Both the position numbers and the translations under genes were made by a program. Source: an uncultured Lachnospiraceae bacterium (GTDB lineage Bacteria; Bacillota; Clostridia; Lachnospirales; Lachnospiraceae). Taken from it: DNA of 64,000 bases. Positions 1 through 10,484 of the stretch are shown here, piece by piece (within the stretch, counting starts at the first letter, position 1; every line of letters begins with the position of its first letter). The notes under the pieces are model-generated. The model ran no database searches. It was not told the DNA's origin and worked only from the letters and a program-made list of their open reading frames with translations. Location: NCBI GenBank assembly GCA_905233955.1, contig CAJOFQ010000006.1, positions 6,706-70,705 on the forward strand, given 5' to 3'.

Positions 1-1
1 A

Positions 2-220
2 TCACCTGCCTGTGGTATACCTATGTACTATGTACAATCAGCTCCGCTTATCTGTTTTGTACTAACGGCTTTCAGGCTGATTCAGAGATGGATAATTAAT
101 CTTCGCATTGTATTAGGCAAGGACGAGCAGTTCCCTCCTGAGGGTAATCTGGCTGAATCCATTGTTGAGACAGTGGACGATGGAATAAAGGACAATGCCA
201 GGGAAGGGAGGGGTAAATAA
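2..220 (+). CDS. dctQ: TRAP transporter small permease, C-terminal fragment (5' end outside window)
   Basis: The frame is open from the window edge and ends TAA 218-220, overlapping the dctM ATG (TAATG). It has a hydrophobic last helix followed by a charged tail. Its position immediately upstream of dctM fits the Q-M arrangement. Confidence 0.45.
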   Translation, partial: SPACGIPMYYVQSAPLICFVLTAFRLIQRWIINLRIVLGKDEQFPPEGNLAESIVETVDDGIKDNAREGRGK

Positions 221-1509
221 TGCCTGTATTTGTTATTTTTATAATCTTCATGATCTGCCTTCTGATAGCAATCCCCATTTCTATTTCATTGGGAATCGTG
301 GCAGTTCTTCCGGGAGCCTTCGATCCCTCATTTACCGCAAGCGGAAGCTATGTGATCCGCTCCATGCTGGGAGGCATAGACAGCTTTCCCCTTCTGGCAG
401 TGCCGATGTTCGTTATGGCGGGTATCATTATGGCACATGGCCAGATATCTAAAAAGCTTTTTGATATATTCACTTATTTTCTGGGCAGCTTTACGGCGGG
501 AGTTCCCTGTGCAGTAATAGTAACCTGCCTGTTTTACGGCGCGATATCCGGCTCTGCTCCGGCGACTGTAGCGGCTGTAGGAAGTATGACCATACCTTTT
601 TTAATGGAGCTTGGTTATCAGAAAAAATTTGCCACGGCAATAGTAGCTGTTGCCGGAGGACTGGGCGTTATAATCCCCCCAAGCATTCCTTTTATCATGT
701 TTGCTATGGCATCCGGCGAATCTGTTAGTGATCTTTTCCTGGCAGGAATAGTTCCGGGACTGTTAATAGGCTTTCTGTTAATGGTATACGCCTATGTGTA
801 TTGCAGGAAAAACGGTGAAGATCGTGCCAGGATCAATAAAAAGGTAAAGGAGCTGCATGATCGCGGTTTATGGAATGTTTTTAAGGACGGATTTTTTGCG
901 GTTCTCTCTCCCGTTATAATCTTAGGCTGTATTTATTCAGGCGTTGCTTCGCCTACAGAGGCAGCAGTAATATCTGTATTCTATGCTCTTATAATAAGCT
1001 TGTTTGTATACAAAACCATGACAGTGCCCGATGTAGTCAAGGTTCTTTCGGAAGCGCTCCACACCTATGCGCCGATACTTTTTATTCTGGCTGCTTCGAC
1101 AGCATTCTCACGGGTGCTTACTTTGATGCAGGTGCCGCAGACGGTCAGCGCCTGGATACTTTCGCATTTCAATAATTATATTATTCTGATGCTGGTAATC
1201 AATGTGTTCCTGCTTCTGGTGGGAATGATAATGGATACTACTCCGGCAATACTGATTCTGTCCCCGATATTGCTTCCTATAGTTACGGGAGTGGGAATGA
1301 ATCCTATACATTTTGGTGTTATGATGGTAGTCAATCTGGCAATAGGTTTTGTTACGCCGCCTATTGGGGTTAACCTGTTTGTAGCAAGCTCGCTTACAGA
1401 TGTACCTGTTATGGAAATCGCAAAAGAGGCAGCACCATTGATTGTAATGTTCCTATGTGCGTTGTTGTTGATTGCGTTTGTACCGCAGATTGCATTGTGT
1501 CTGTTATGA
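220..1509 (+). CDS. dctM: TRAP transporter large permease subunit (DctM family)
   Basis: 429-aa polytopic membrane protein with a typical DctM-like sequence (e.g. PLLAVPMFVMAG, TPPIGVNLF). It is followed by a DctP-type SBP gene. Confidence 0.9.
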   Translation: MPVFVIFIIFMICLLIAIPISISLGIVAVLPGAFDPSFTASGSYVIRSMLGGIDSFPLLAVPMFVMAGIIMAHGQISKKLFDIFTYFLGSFTAGVPCAVIVTCLFYGAISGSAPATVAAVGSMTIPFLMELGYQKKFATAIVAVAGGLGVIIPPSIPFIMFAMASGESVSDLFLAGIVPGLLIGFLLMVYAYVYCRKNGEDRARINKKVKELHDRGLWNVFKDGFFAVLSPVIILGCIYSGVASPTEAAVISVFYALIISLFVYKTMTVPDVVKVLSEALHTYAPILFILAASTAFSRVLTLMQVPQTVSAWILSHFNNYIILMLVINVFLLLVGMIMDTTPAILILSPILLPIVTGVGMNPIHFGVMMVVNLAIGFVTPPIGVNLFVASSLTDVPVMEIAKEAAPLIVMFLCALLLIAFVPQIALCLL

Positions 1510-1526
1510 TAAGGGGGATGAATGAT

Positions 1527-2540
1527 ATGCGACTTAAAAAAGCAGGTATCTTAGCTCTTGCTGTTGGTGTGCTGATGACAAGCAGCCTGTTGGCAGGATG
1601 TCAGGGTTCATCCGATACTGGAGAGCAGCGATACGCATGGCCATTAGGAACATCAAGTCCAGAGGATACAGTCACACAATTATATGCTGTCAAATTTGCT
1701 GATGAGGTATCCAGGCTAAGTGATGGCAAAATGAAGATTCAGGTCTATCCCAACAGTGTGCTGGGAGGAGACAGAGAGCTTTTGGAATCCTGCCAGGATG
1801 GAGATATTCCATTTGTTGTACAAAATACTGCTCCGCAGGTTACATTTATGCCGGATATAGCAGTATTTGACATGCCATGTGTATTTGAAACCATTGAGGA
1901 TGTCAGAAAAGCCATTGATGATGAGATGTTTTTGAACAAAATCCAGCAGGTATACAAAGAGGGAGGCTATGAGCTTTTAGGATATGCGGATCAGGGATTT
2001 CGAGTAATGTCTACCTCCAAGCCTGTATACGAGATTGAAGATTTTAAAGGGCAGAAGATCCGTACAATGGAAAACAGCTATCACATGCAGTTCTGGAAGG
2101 AACTTAAAGCCAACCCTACTCCCATGACCTTTTCCGAGGTCTATATAGGATTGGAGCAGGGAACTATTGACGCCCAGGAGAATCCTTATGAGGTAATTGT
2201 TTCCAACAAGCTTTATGAGCAGCAGGATTATATTGTGGAGACAAATCATCTTCCGCATCTGATATCCCTTATTGTAAGCGACTCTTTTATGAAGGAGCTG
2301 CCCGAAGATCAGCAGGAGATTATCCGCCAGGCGGCTGATACAGCCAAGGTTTATGCAAGGCAGCAGTCTGATGAGCGCATAGCTTCTCGTGTTGAGATAA
2401 TAGAAGAGAGTGGGACCGCCATTCTTCCGATGGACAAAGAACTTCGTACAGAGGTTGTAAAAAGATGTGAACCGGTATATACTAACATCCGTGCAACTAT
2501 AGACGCGGATCTGGCGGATGCCTATCTGACTAAGCATTAA
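1527..2540 (+). CDS. dctP: TRAP transporter substrate-binding lipoprotein (DctP family)
   Basis: Start chosen at ATG 1527, preceded by AAGGGGG (1511-1517). Signal peptide with lipobox LLAGC. DctP-like body. The ORF-track start 1455 overlaps dctM and is unlikely. Confidence 0.9.
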   Translation: MRLKKAGILALAVGVLMTSSLLAGCQGSSDTGEQRYAWPLGTSSPEDTVTQLYAVKFADEVSRLSDGKMKIQVYPNSVLGGDRELLESCQDGDIPFVVQNTAPQVTFMPDIAVFDMPCVFETIEDVRKAIDDEMFLNKIQQVYKEGGYELLGYADQGFRVMSTSKPVYEIEDFKGQKIRTMENSYHMQFWKELKANPTPMTFSEVYIGLEQGTIDAQENPYEVIVSNKLYEQQDYIVETNHLPHLISLIVSDSFMKELPEDQQEIIRQAADTAKVYARQQSDERIASRVEIIEESGTAILPMDKELRTEVVKRCEPVYTNIRATIDADLADAYLTKH

Positions 2541-2630
2541 GTCACAGTTCCTAAGCCATTATCTGCAAATAGTTTTCAACTGTTCCAGGAGTTTTGACAA
2601 TACCAGGCGAAACACAAAGGAGTTAATAGT

Positions 2631-3437
2631 ATGAATCAGCTCGAGAAGATACGCGAAAAGATTGAAGTATGCGACGACAAGATCATAGACGCGCTTGCAG
2701 AGAGGATGATCTATATCCAGGAGGTTATATCCTACAAAAAGGCTACCGGTATTCCCATTCTTCAGGAGGACCAGGAGAAAAAACAGACAAACAGGCTGGA
2801 GGAAAAGCTGGCAGATAATGAATTCGAGGAGGAAATCCTGGATATTTTCAAATACATTATCAAAAACAGCCGTCGTGTCCAGGCCAAGAGTCTGTTTGAC
2901 TACAATGTATTCCTGGTGGGATTCATGGGTGCAGGCAAGACCACAGTTGCAAGCGAGCTGCAGCGCAAGCTGGAGATGAACCGCGTTGAGATGGACCAGA
3001 TGATCGTGGAAAAGCAGGGTATGTCTGTTTCGGAGATATTTGATGAATATGGAGAAGTGTATTTCCGTAATCTTGAGAGTAACTGTCTGATCGAGCTCCA
3101 GAGAGAGAAGCAATGCATTGTTTCCTGTGGCGGCGGCGTGGTTATGCGTGACGACAATGCAGACCACATGAAGGCCAATGGCAGGGTAGTATTGCTTACC
3201 GCCCAGCCTGCGACCATATTAGAGCGGGTCAAGGATTCCGATGAGCGCCCTCTCCTCAATAACAATATGAATGTGGATTTTATTTCCAGTCTGCTGGACA
3301 AGCGGCGTGAGAAGTACCGTGCGGTTGCCGATATCATAGTAGAGACAGATGGCAAGAGTATCGACCAGATATGCGATGAAATAATCGCCGGTCTCATTGC
3401 TTTTGATAACGAAAGAGAAGAAGCACAGCAAAGCTGA
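2631..3437 (+). CDS. aroK: Bifunctional chorismate mutase (type II, N-terminal) / shikimate kinase
   Basis: The N-terminal ~85 aa are AroQ-like helices (LEKIREKIEVCDDKIIDALAERM). They are followed by the P-loop GFMGAGKTT and a shikimate-kinase body. RBS AAAGGAG lies upstream. Confidence 0.85.
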   Translation: MNQLEKIREKIEVCDDKIIDALAERMIYIQEVISYKKATGIPILQEDQEKKQTNRLEEKLADNEFEEEILDIFKYIIKNSRRVQAKSLFDYNVFLVGFMGAGKTTVASELQRKLEMNRVEMDQMIVEKQGMSVSEIFDEYGEVYFRNLESNCLIELQREKQCIVSCGGGVVMRDDNADHMKANGRVVLLTAQPATILERVKDSDERPLLNNNMNVDFISSLLDKRREKYRAVADIIVETDGKSIDQICDEIIAGLIAFDNEREEAQQS

Positions 3438-3450
3438 GAGGAGAGATTCT

Positions 3451-3630
3451 ATGGCAAATCAAGCAGAACAGTCGGAAAAGTGGATTGAGAGATTCACAGA
3501 TCTGCAGCGCATAAAAGATGCAAAGAACAGAGATTATGAGATAGAGTATCAATTGTCTATTGCCAAGGCGCAATTGGAAGCATTAGGTATACCTACGGAG
3601 AATCTGATTCATAAGGAACCAAGGGATTGA
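3451..3630 (+). CDS. Hypothetical small charged protein (59 aa)
   Basis: ATG 3451 is preceded by GAGAGGAGAG. Its stop TGA 3628-3630 overlaps the uvrB ATG 3630 (TGATG). I recognised no family. Confidence 0.5.
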   Translation: MANQAEQSEKWIERFTDLQRIKDAKNRDYEIEYQLSIAKAQLEALGIPTENLIHKEPRD

Positions 3631-5606
3631 TGAATTTCAAATTACACGCTCCTTACGCCGCCACCGGAGACCAGCCCCAGGCAATAGAGCAATTAGTAAA
3701 AGGCTTCAAGGAAGGGAATCAATTCCAGACTTTATTAGGTGTGACGGGTTCCGGCAAGACCTTTACGATGGCGAACATCATTGAGGCGCTTAATAAGCCG
3801 ACACTCATCATTTCCCACAACAAGACCCTCGCCGGCCAGCTTTACGGGGAGATGAAGGAGTATTTCCCTGAAAACGCCGTTGAGTATTTTGTGTCATATT
3901 ACGACTACTATCAGCCTGAGGCATATGTGCCTCAGACTGATACTTATATTGCCAAGGATTCATCCATTAACGATGAGATTGATAAGCTTCGGCTGTCCGC
4001 CACAGCTTCTATGGCGGAGAGGAAGGATGTTATAATTGTAGCATCCGTTTCCTGTATTTATGGCATTGGCAGTCCCGAGGATTATGAGAACCTTATGGTT
4101 TCACTAAGGGAAGGGCAGCAGATTGACCGTGATGAGGTCATCAAGTCCCTTGTCGCCATGCAGTACCTTCGCAATGATATGGATTTCCAGCGAGGTACAT
4201 TCAGGGTAAGGGGCGATACTCTTGAGATAATTCCTGCGTATGTTTCCGACTATGCATACCGTATCGAATTCTTTGGGGATGAAATAGACCGCATAGTCGA
4301 GACAGATATTATAACAGGCGAGGCGAAAAAAGAATGGGCGCATGTGGCGATTTTCCCGGCGTCGCATTATGTGGTGCCTCAGGACAAGATCAACAAAGCC
4401 TGCGACGCAATTGAGGCTGAGCTTGCCGAGAGGGTGGCATATTTCAAGTCTGAGGATAAGCTCTTGGAAGCCCAGCGTATCTCTGAGAGGACTAATTTTG
4501 ATGTGGAAATGCTCAGGGAAACAGGTTTTTGTTCCGGAATTGAGAATTATTCCAGACATCTTACAGGTCAAAAGCCAGGGGAGCCTCCCCAGACACTTGT
4601 AGATTATTTTGGTGATGATTTCCTGGTTATCATTGATGAGTCGCACATGAGCGTGCCGCAGATCAGGGGGATGTACGCAGGAGACAGGTCGCGTAAGACT
4701 ACCCTTGTAGAGTATGGCTTCAGGCTTCCCAGCGCTTTGGATAACAGGCCGCTTCAGTTTGGAGAATTCGAGGGCAAGCTGGATCAGGTCATGTTTGTGT
4801 CCGCCACTCCCGGCAGCTATGAAGCAGAACATGAGATGCTTAGGGCAGAGCAGGTGATCCGTCCGACAGGTCTCCTTGATCCCAAGGTGGATGTTCGTCC
4901 TGTGGAGGGCCAGATAGATGACCTTATTTCAGAGATAAAAAAGACTGAAGGCAAGGTATTGATCACCACTCTTACCAAGCGTATGGCGGAGGATCTTACC
5001 AGTTATATGCAGGAGCTTGGCATCAGGGTCAAATATTTGCATTCGGATATAGATACTCTAGAGAGGTCGGAGATTATAAGAGATCTCAGGCTGGATGTAT
5101 TCGATGTTCTGGTGGGAATTAACTTGTTAAGAGAAGGACTTGATATACCGGAGATTACCCTTGTGGCCATACTGGATGCTGACAAAGAGGGTTTTCTCAG
5201 GTCAGAGACATCTCTTATTCAGACCATAGGCCGCGCTGCCAGGAACAGCAAGGGACATGTTGTAATGTATGCAGACACTATAACTGATTCCATGAGGGTA
5301 GCGATAGATGAGACCAACAGAAGGCGCTCTATTCAGCAGGAATATAATGCAGCCCATGGAATAACCCCTAAGACCATTGAAAAGTCAGTTCGTGATGTGA
5401 TAGCCTTATCCAAGGCAGTAGCAAAAGACGAATTAAAAACCGGCAAGCGCCCTGAAGAAATGGACAACAAGGAGCTTACAAAAGAGATTGAAGATGTCAA
5501 GCGCAAGATGGAACGGGCTGCGGCTGACCTTAATTTTGAAGCAGCAGCACAGTACAGAGATCGAATGATAGAACTAAAAGGACACTTGGCTGAGGTTAAA
5601 AAATAA
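3630..5606 (+). CDS. uvrB: Excinuclease ABC subunit B
   Basis: GVTGSGKTF Walker A, DESH box (IIDESHMS), helicase motifs, and the C-terminal UVR motif ([13 protein letters not shown]). ATG 3630 is preferred over the TTG at 3627. Confidence 0.97.
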   Translation: MNFKLHAPYAATGDQPQAIEQLVKGFKEGNQFQTLLGVTGSGKTFTMANIIEALNKPTLIISHNKTLAGQLYGEMKEYFPENAVEYFVSYYDYYQPEAYVPQTDTYIAKDSSINDEIDKLRLSATASMAERKDVIIVASVSCIYGIGSPEDYENLMVSLREGQQIDRDEVIKSLVAMQYLRNDMDFQRGTFRVRGDTLEIIPAYVSDYAYRIEFFGDEIDRIVETDIITGEAKKEWAHVAIFPASHYVVPQDKINKACDAIEAELAERVAYFKSEDKLLEAQRISERTNFDVEMLRETGFCSGIENYSRHLTGQKPGEPPQTLVDYFGDDFLVIIDESHMSVPQIRGMYAGDRSRKTTLVEYGFRLPSALDNRPLQFGEFEGKLDQVMFVSATPGSYEAEHEMLRAEQVIRPTGLLDPKVDVRPVEGQIDDLISEIKKTEGKVLITTLTKRMAEDLTSYMQELGIRVKYLHSDIDTLERSEIIRDLRLDVFDVLVGINLLREGLDIPEITLVAILDADKEGFLRSETSLIQTIGRAARNSKGHVVMYADTITDSMRVAIDETNRRRSIQQEYNAAHGITPKTIEKSVRDVIALSKAVAKDELKTGKRPEEMDNKELTKEIEDVKRKMERAAADLNFEAAAQYRDRMIELKGHLAEVKK

Positions 5607-5936
5607 ATGTTCCTTGAATTATTCAATAAAAACAAAAAATCTTTTTCCAACAAGAGTAAAGAGTTCGAAAAGCAGTTGGCACTAACGAACAGGCTGATTG
5701 ATAATTTAGACTTTAACATTTCTGAATTCAGACGCAAGCTAATGAATCTTCAGATGCGGGGCAAGTCAGCCCAGAGCGTTTCCGAATTGGAATGGATGTT
5801 AAGAGACATGCACCGGCAGGCTGAGGAAGCCCAGAAAGCAGTCAACAGTCTTGAAAAGAAGCACATAGACTGTGTTTCTCTGGTGGACAAGCTGGTTGAT
5901 GAATTCGAAGAAGCGCTAAAGGACGCACCCGATTGA
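5607..5936 (+). CDS. Hypothetical coiled-coil protein (109 aa)
   Basis: The ATG directly follows the uvrB stop. The sequence is charged and heptad-like. No clear SD and no family recognised. Confidence 0.45.
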   Translation: MFLELFNKNKKSFSNKSKEFEKQLALTNRLIDNLDFNISEFRRKLMNLQMRGKSAQSVSELEWMLRDMHRQAEEAQKAVNSLEKKHIDCVSLVDKLVDEFEEALKDAPD

Positions 5937-7277
5937 TTATTTTTTTGTGTTCTTGTCTTTGTCAGGCCATACGAAGGTGACATCCTTGGGTACAGTTGAT
6001 GCCCTGATCATGCGCACCTTGGTTCGGAAATCCTTTCTATCGGATGTATTGATGGTGAATTTGGCAAAGTGATTAATCCCTCCAAAGGCTTTTGGCCCGA
6101 TACCTGTAAGAGTTCTGGCATTTATGGTTATGGAGGTAAGGTAGTGATTGCCCCTAAATGATTCGCCAGAGATATAGGTTACTCCGCTGCCTATGGTAAG
6201 ATCTGTCATATAGTCGCAGCCTCTGAATGCGTGTTTGCCGATGGTCTGTACGCTGTCAGGGATCTCCAGTGAGGTTATTCCGGTGAATGCAAAGGCCTTT
6301 GCGCCTATCCTGGTCATACGGTTTCCAAGAGTTGCCTTAGTCAGATGAACATCCCCATAGAAGGCACAGTTGCCCAGACGGTACAGGCTGTCAGGAAGCG
6401 CAACGGATGTAAGGGATACATTGCCGCGGAATGCGTTCCTGGCTATGGTCTGAATGCGGTCGCCGAATTTGACTGAGGTAATATGTATATCATTTTTAAA
6501 AGCTCCGGGACCTATGGTATCCATCATATTTCCGAAGGTTAATGAAGATAGGGCATCATCCCCTGCAAAGGCGCGTTTGCCTATGAATTGCAGATTTGTG
6601 CCAAAGGTTACAGAGGACAGACGCTTAAGATGCAAAAAAGCTTCGGCACCTATACTGGTCACACGATTGCCAATGGTTACGGATTCCAGAGCATGAACCT
6701 GATAAAAGGCATGGTCAGCTATGGTCTCCACATTGTTGCCTATGGTAAGGGTTTTGACGGTACGATTACCGGAAAGGACAGCTGTCTCTATAGCAGTGAC
6801 AAAGTAGGTTCTGCCGTTGTCACATGTTACGGTATCAGGGATTGATACAGAAGTTTGATTGGATTTGATCTGGGTTAGTTCAATGTTTGGAGACCCGAAA
6901 GAGGTTTTGTAATACAGGATGGTCTTCTCTTTGTCCATCGTTTCATCAGGTTCTCCATAATCATAAGGATCTGTAGTTTCTTCCTCGTCATCGTCATCAT
7001 CATCGTCATCATCATCGTCACTTTTAGAACTGCTGCTGGATTTGCTGCTGCTTTGACTGCGGCTCCTTTTGTTTGGAATCACAGAGCTTACCTGAACTGC
7101 ATCATCTGAAAAAACCTGTATGATCTCTTTGGAAGACATCTTGTATCCGATAGGTCCGGAGGCGCTCCCACTGCTTTTTGCATCAGTATCAAAGGATGGC
7201 GAGCCAAGAAACAATCCTACCAACAAAGCTATAATAGAAATGCATGCCAGAAAGCGTTTTATATTTTTTTTAAGCAT
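5937..7277 (-). CDS. Secreted BspA-type leucine-rich-repeat surface protein with Ser/Asp-rich acidic linker
   Basis: Start chosen at the ATG whose complement is 7275-7277 (MLKKNIKRF...), which has GGAG 8 nt upstream; the ORF-track start 7292 lacks an SD. Signal peptide, S/K-rich then D11-E3 tract, then about 11 tandem ~23-aa LRR units (xIGxxAFxxCxxLxSVT pattern). Confidence 0.85.
   Translation of the reverse strand: MLKKNIKRFLACISIIALLVGLFLGSPSFDTDAKSSGSASGPIGYKMSSKEIIQVFSDDAVQVSSVIPNKRSRSQSSSKSSSSSKSDDDDDDDDDDDEEETTDPYDYGEPDETMDKEKTILYYKTSFGSPNIELTQIKSNQTSVSIPDTVTCDNGRTYFVTAIETAVLSGNRTVKTLTIGNNVETIADHAFYQVHALESVTIGNRVTSIGAEAFLHLKRLSSVTFGTNLQFIGKRAFAGDDALSSLTFGNMMDTIGPGAFKNDIHITSVKFGDRIQTIARNAFRGNVSLTSVALPDSLYRLGNCAFYGDVHLTKATLGNRMTRIGAKAFAFTGITSLEIPDSVQTIGKHAFRGCDYMTDLTIGSGVTYISGESFRGNHYLTSITINARTLTGIGPKAFGGINHFAKFTINTSDRKDFRTKVRMIRASTVPKDVTFVWPDKDKNTKK
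6051..6842 (-). repeat. Tandem ~69-nt (23-aa) LRR coding repeats inside the surface-protein gene
   Basis: Repeated protein pattern: IGNNVETIADHAF.., IGNRVTSIGAEAF.., FGTNLQFIGKRAF.., FGNMMDTIGPGAF.., FGDRIQTIARNAF.. and further units. Confidence 0.7.
6987..7019 (-). repeat. In-frame (GAT/GAC)x11 triplet tract encoding poly-Asp
   Basis: The + strand reads gtc atc gtc atc atc atc gtc atc atc atc gtc, which is 11 Asp codons on the minus strand. It is flanked by EEE and Ser/Lys-rich codons. Confidence 0.9.
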
Positions 7278-7424
7278 AGCTTCAATCTCCATAGAGAATA
7301 ACTAGTCCAGTTCAGACACCATATCTTGTACATAATAATAGAAAAAACACAAAATATCAACTGTTCTTCCGTTTTAGGATACAGATTTTGGGAAATAATA
7401 TCCTATATCTGTAATCGGCTGATT

Positions 7425-7453
7425 TTGCCCTGGGATCAATAGTGTGGTATAAT
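7425..7453 (+). promoter_or_regulatory. Sigma-A-type promoter for uvrA: TTGCCC-17 nt-TGgTATAAT (extended -10)
   Basis: TTGCCC at 7425-7430, TG at 7445-7446, TATAAT at 7448-7453. Only 8 nt separate the -10 from the uvrA ATG at 7462, and no SD is present. Confidence 0.5.
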
Positions 7454-7461
7454 TTTTAACC

Positions 7462-10338
7462 ATGAAAACGAAAAAAAATGATCAATCCGTAAAATACATA
7501 AGGATCCGTGGAGCCAACGAGCATAACCTGAAATCAATTAACCTGGAGATACCCAGAGACCAGTTTGTAGTGCTTACAGGTCTCTCAGGCTCCGGCAAGA
7601 GCTCTTTGGCGTTTGATACAATATTTGCTGAAGGACAGAGAAGGTATATGGAGTCTCTTTCATCCTATGCCAGGCAGTTTCTGGGGCAGATGGAGAAGCC
7701 TGATGTGGAGAAGATAGAAGGGCTTCCTCCGGCGATATCCATCGATCAGAAGTCGACCAACCGTAATCCCAGATCTACAGTGGGCACTGTAACGGAGGTG
7801 TATGACTATTTCAGGCTGCTTTACGCCAGGATTGGAATACCTCATTGCCCCAATTGCGGCCGTGAGATATTCAAGCAAAGCGTCGATCAGATGGTGGATC
7901 AGGTGCTGACACTTCCCGCCAGAACCAGATTCCAGGTACTCGCACCTGTGGTGCGGGGACGAAAGGGCGCCCAGGAGAAGCTTTTTGAGAGAGCCAAAAA
8001 AAGCGGCTATGTAAGGGTAGTGGTAGATGGTGACCTCTACGAGCTGGACGAAGAGATCAAGCTTAATAAGAACCAGAAGCATAACATTGAGATAGTAATT
8101 GACAGGCTGGTAGTAAAAGAAGGTATAGAGACCAGGCTTGCAGGCTCGCTGGAGGATGCCCTAAAGCTTGCCAATGGTCTTGTTGTAATAGAAATAGTCA
8201 AATCTTCTGACGATACGGATGACAATACTCCCGGCAGGATGCAGTTTTCCGAGAGTTTTTCATGTCCGGATTGTGGGATTTCCATCGAGGAGGTTGAGCC
8301 CAGGAGCTTTTCCTTTAACAATCCCTTTGGTGCCTGTCCCCAGTGTGCTGGGCTTGGGTTTACAATGGAATTTGATGAAAGGCTTATGATACCTGATCCG
8401 TCGTTGTCCTTTAATGAAGGCTGCGTGGCAGTTTTGGGCTGGCAATCCAGCACCGATGAAAAGAGCTATACACACGCTCTTTTGAAGGCACTATCCGAGA
8501 ATTATGGTTTTTCCCTTGATACCCCGTACAAGAAGCTGCCAAAGAAGATCCGCGATATGTTTATCCATGGTTTTGACCGTGTGGTCAAGGTTCCGTACCG
8601 GGGACGATGGGGCGAGGGTATCTACGATGTTCAGTTCGAAGGCCTGATAGCCAATTCCAGACGGCGCTACCGTGAGACAAAATCCGAGCTTCAACGGGCT
8701 GAATACGAGGAATTCATGGAGATCAATCCATGTGCGGCCTGCAATGGACAGAGGCTAAAGCCCGAATCCTTAAGTGTTACTGTATGTGATAAGAATATAT
8801 ATGAGATCACTACGCTGTCTATCAAGGATCTGGCGGTATTTTTGACAGATATGCAGCTTACGGATTACCAGAAAAAGGTAGGTCATCTGATTCTTCAGGA
8901 GATCAAGGCCAGGGTTGGCTTCCTTAATGATGTGGGATTGGACTATCTCTCACTGTCCCGTGCCACAGGAACTCTGTCCGGAGGTGAGGCCCAGCGCATC
9001 AGGCTGGCCACACAGATAGGCTCGGGACTTGTAGGAGTCACATACATACTGGACGAGCCTTCCATCGGGCTTCATCAGAAGGATAATGACAAGCTGCTTG
9101 CCTCATTGAAGGGACTTTGTGCCCTTGGCAATTCTGTTCTTGTGGTAGAGCATGACGAGGACACTATGAGGGCAGCGGATTTTATAGTGGATATCGGCCC
9201 CGGAGCCGGAGATCACGGAGGTGAAGTAGTAGCCTCAGGCAGTGTAGAGGATATTATGGCCTGTGAAGAATCCATAACAGGGGCGTATCTTTCCGGCAGG
9301 AAGCGTATAGAGGTTCCAAAAGAGCGCAGGACTCCTGCAGGATATATTACCATTCATGGAGCCAGGGAGCACAATCTTAAGGACATAGATGTTGATATTC
9401 CTCTTGGTATTATGACCTGTGTGACAGGGGTTTCGGGATCAGGCAAGAGCTCATTGATTAACGAGATACTCTACAAATCCCTTGCCAGAACACTCCACAG
9501 GGCTCACAGGCTGCCGGGAGAGCATGATTCTATAGAGGGTGTTGATCAGCTTGACAAGATTATTGCCATCGACCAGTCGCCCATAGGTAGAACCCCCAGA
9601 TCCAATCCTGCCACATATACAGGTGTCTTTGATCTGATAAGGGATTTGTATGCCGGCACCAACGAAGCCAAAGCCAGAGGCTATTCCAAAGGACGGTTTT
9701 CATTTAATGTTAAGGGCGGCAGATGCGAAGCCTGCTCCGGAGATGGAATTAAAAAGATAGAGATGCATTTTTTACCGGATGTATATGTACCCTGTGAGAT
9801 CTGCGGCGGCAGGCGCTATAATCGAGAGACTCTGGAGGTACTCTACAAGGGCAAGTCCATCTACGATGTACTGGAAATGACAGTGGAAGAAGCGTTGGAG
9901 TTTTTCGAGAATATCCCGACTATCCGCCGTAAGATAGAGACATTGAATGATGTAGGACTGTCATATGTCAAGCTGGGGCAGCCATCCACCACTCTTTCAG
10001 GAGGAGAAGCCCAGAGAATCAAGCTTGCCACAGAATTATCCAGACGCAGCACAGGCAAGACCATATATGTTTTGGACGAGCCTACTACGGGACTGCATTT
10101 TGAGGATGTTAACAAGCTGGTGGGCATACTTCGCAAGCTCTCGGACGGCGGCAATACCGTTGTGGTCATCGAGCATAATCTGGATGTTATCAAGACAGCG
10201 GACTATATTATAGACCTGGGGCCTGATGGCGGTGACGGGGGAGGAACGATAGTCGCGGCAGGCACACCGGAGGAGCTGGCCAAACATCCTTCCAGCTATA
10301 CAGGAGTTTATATCAGGAAATCTTTGGAAAATGTTTGA
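7462..10338 (+). CDS. uvrA: Excinuclease ABC subunit A
   Basis: 958 aa. Two ABC modules (GLSGSGKSS and GVSGSGKSS Walker A; LSGGEAQR twice) and zinc-finger Cys clusters (CPNCG, CPDCG..CPQC, CEACSG..CEICGG). Confidence 0.97.
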   Translation: MKTKKNDQSVKYIRIRGANEHNLKSINLEIPRDQFVVLTGLSGSGKSSLAFDTIFAEGQRRYMESLSSYARQFLGQMEKPDVEKIEGLPPAISIDQKSTNRNPRSTVGTVTEVYDYFRLLYARIGIPHCPNCGREIFKQSVDQMVDQVLTLPARTRFQVLAPVVRGRKGAQEKLFERAKKSGYVRVVVDGDLYELDEEIKLNKNQKHNIEIVIDRLVVKEGIETRLAGSLEDALKLANGLVVIEIVKSSDDTDDNTPGRMQFSESFSCPDCGISIEEVEPRSFSFNNPFGACPQCAGLGFTMEFDERLMIPDPSLSFNEGCVAVLGWQSSTDEKSYTHALLKALSENYGFSLDTPYKKLPKKIRDMFIHGFDRVVKVPYRGRWGEGIYDVQFEGLIANSRRRYRETKSELQRAEYEEFMEINPCAACNGQRLKPESLSVTVCDKNIYEITTLSIKDLAVFLTDMQLTDYQKKVGHLILQEIKARVGFLNDVGLDYLSLSRATGTLSGGEAQRIRLATQIGSGLVGVTYILDEPSIGLHQKDNDKLLASLKGLCALGNSVLVVEHDEDTMRAADFIVDIGPGAGDHGGEVVASGSVEDIMACEESITGAYLSGRKRIEVPKERRTPAGYITIHGAREHNLKDIDVDIPLGIMTCVTGVSGSGKSSLINEILYKSLARTLHRAHRLPGEHDSIEGVDQLDKIIAIDQSPIGRTPRSNPATYTGVFDLIRDLYAGTNEAKARGYSKGRFSFNVKGGRCEACSGDGIKKIEMHFLPDVYVPCEICGGRRYNRETLEVLYKGKSIYDVLEMTVEEALEFFENIPTIRRKIETLNDVGLSYVKLGQPSTTLSGGEAQRIKLATELSRRSTGKTIYVLDEPTTGLHFEDVNKLVGILRKLSDGGNTVVVIEHNLDVIKTADYIIDLGPDGGDGGGTIVAAGTPEELAKHPSSYTGVYIRKSLENV

Positions 10339-10379
10339 ATAATAACACAAAATCATCACAAAAATAGGTAAAAATGCTA

Positions 10380-10407
10380 TTGAAAATTCGTGTGAAGCGT
10401 TTATAAT
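10380..10407 (+). promoter_or_regulatory. Sigma-A-type promoter upstream of mreB: TTGAAA-16 nt-TATAAT
   Basis: TTGAAA at 10380-10385 and TATAAT at 10402-10407, about 78 nt upstream of the mreB ATG, which has an AAAGGAG SD. Confidence 0.5.
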
Positions 10408-10484
10408 GGTAATGCTGTACTCTGGTGCAGGAATTCCTATGTGGGAGTTCATATGTGTGTGATTTTTGAAAGGAGTAAGTCCTA

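Noticed and set aside
1455-1526. Upstream extension of dctP overlapping dctM by 55 nt
   Set aside because: The extension is Cys/Val-rich and not signal-peptide-like. ATG 1527 has an SD and yields a canonical lipoprotein signal peptide.
4104-4832. 242-aa minus-strand ORF. Similar long antisense ORFs occur at 1977-2537, 2559-3167, 17695-18300, 19910-20437 and 49232-49807.
   Set aside because: All lie inside well-supported + strand genes (uvrB, dctP, aroK fusion, putP, ftsH, ftsE), and none shows recognisable motifs or start signals.
7293-7461. Search for a LexA (Cheo-type GAAC-N4-GTTC) box upstream of uvrA, and likewise upstream of uvrB at 3400-3630
   Set aside because: I found no match with both half-sites. 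Only isolated GTTC/GAAC tetramers are present.
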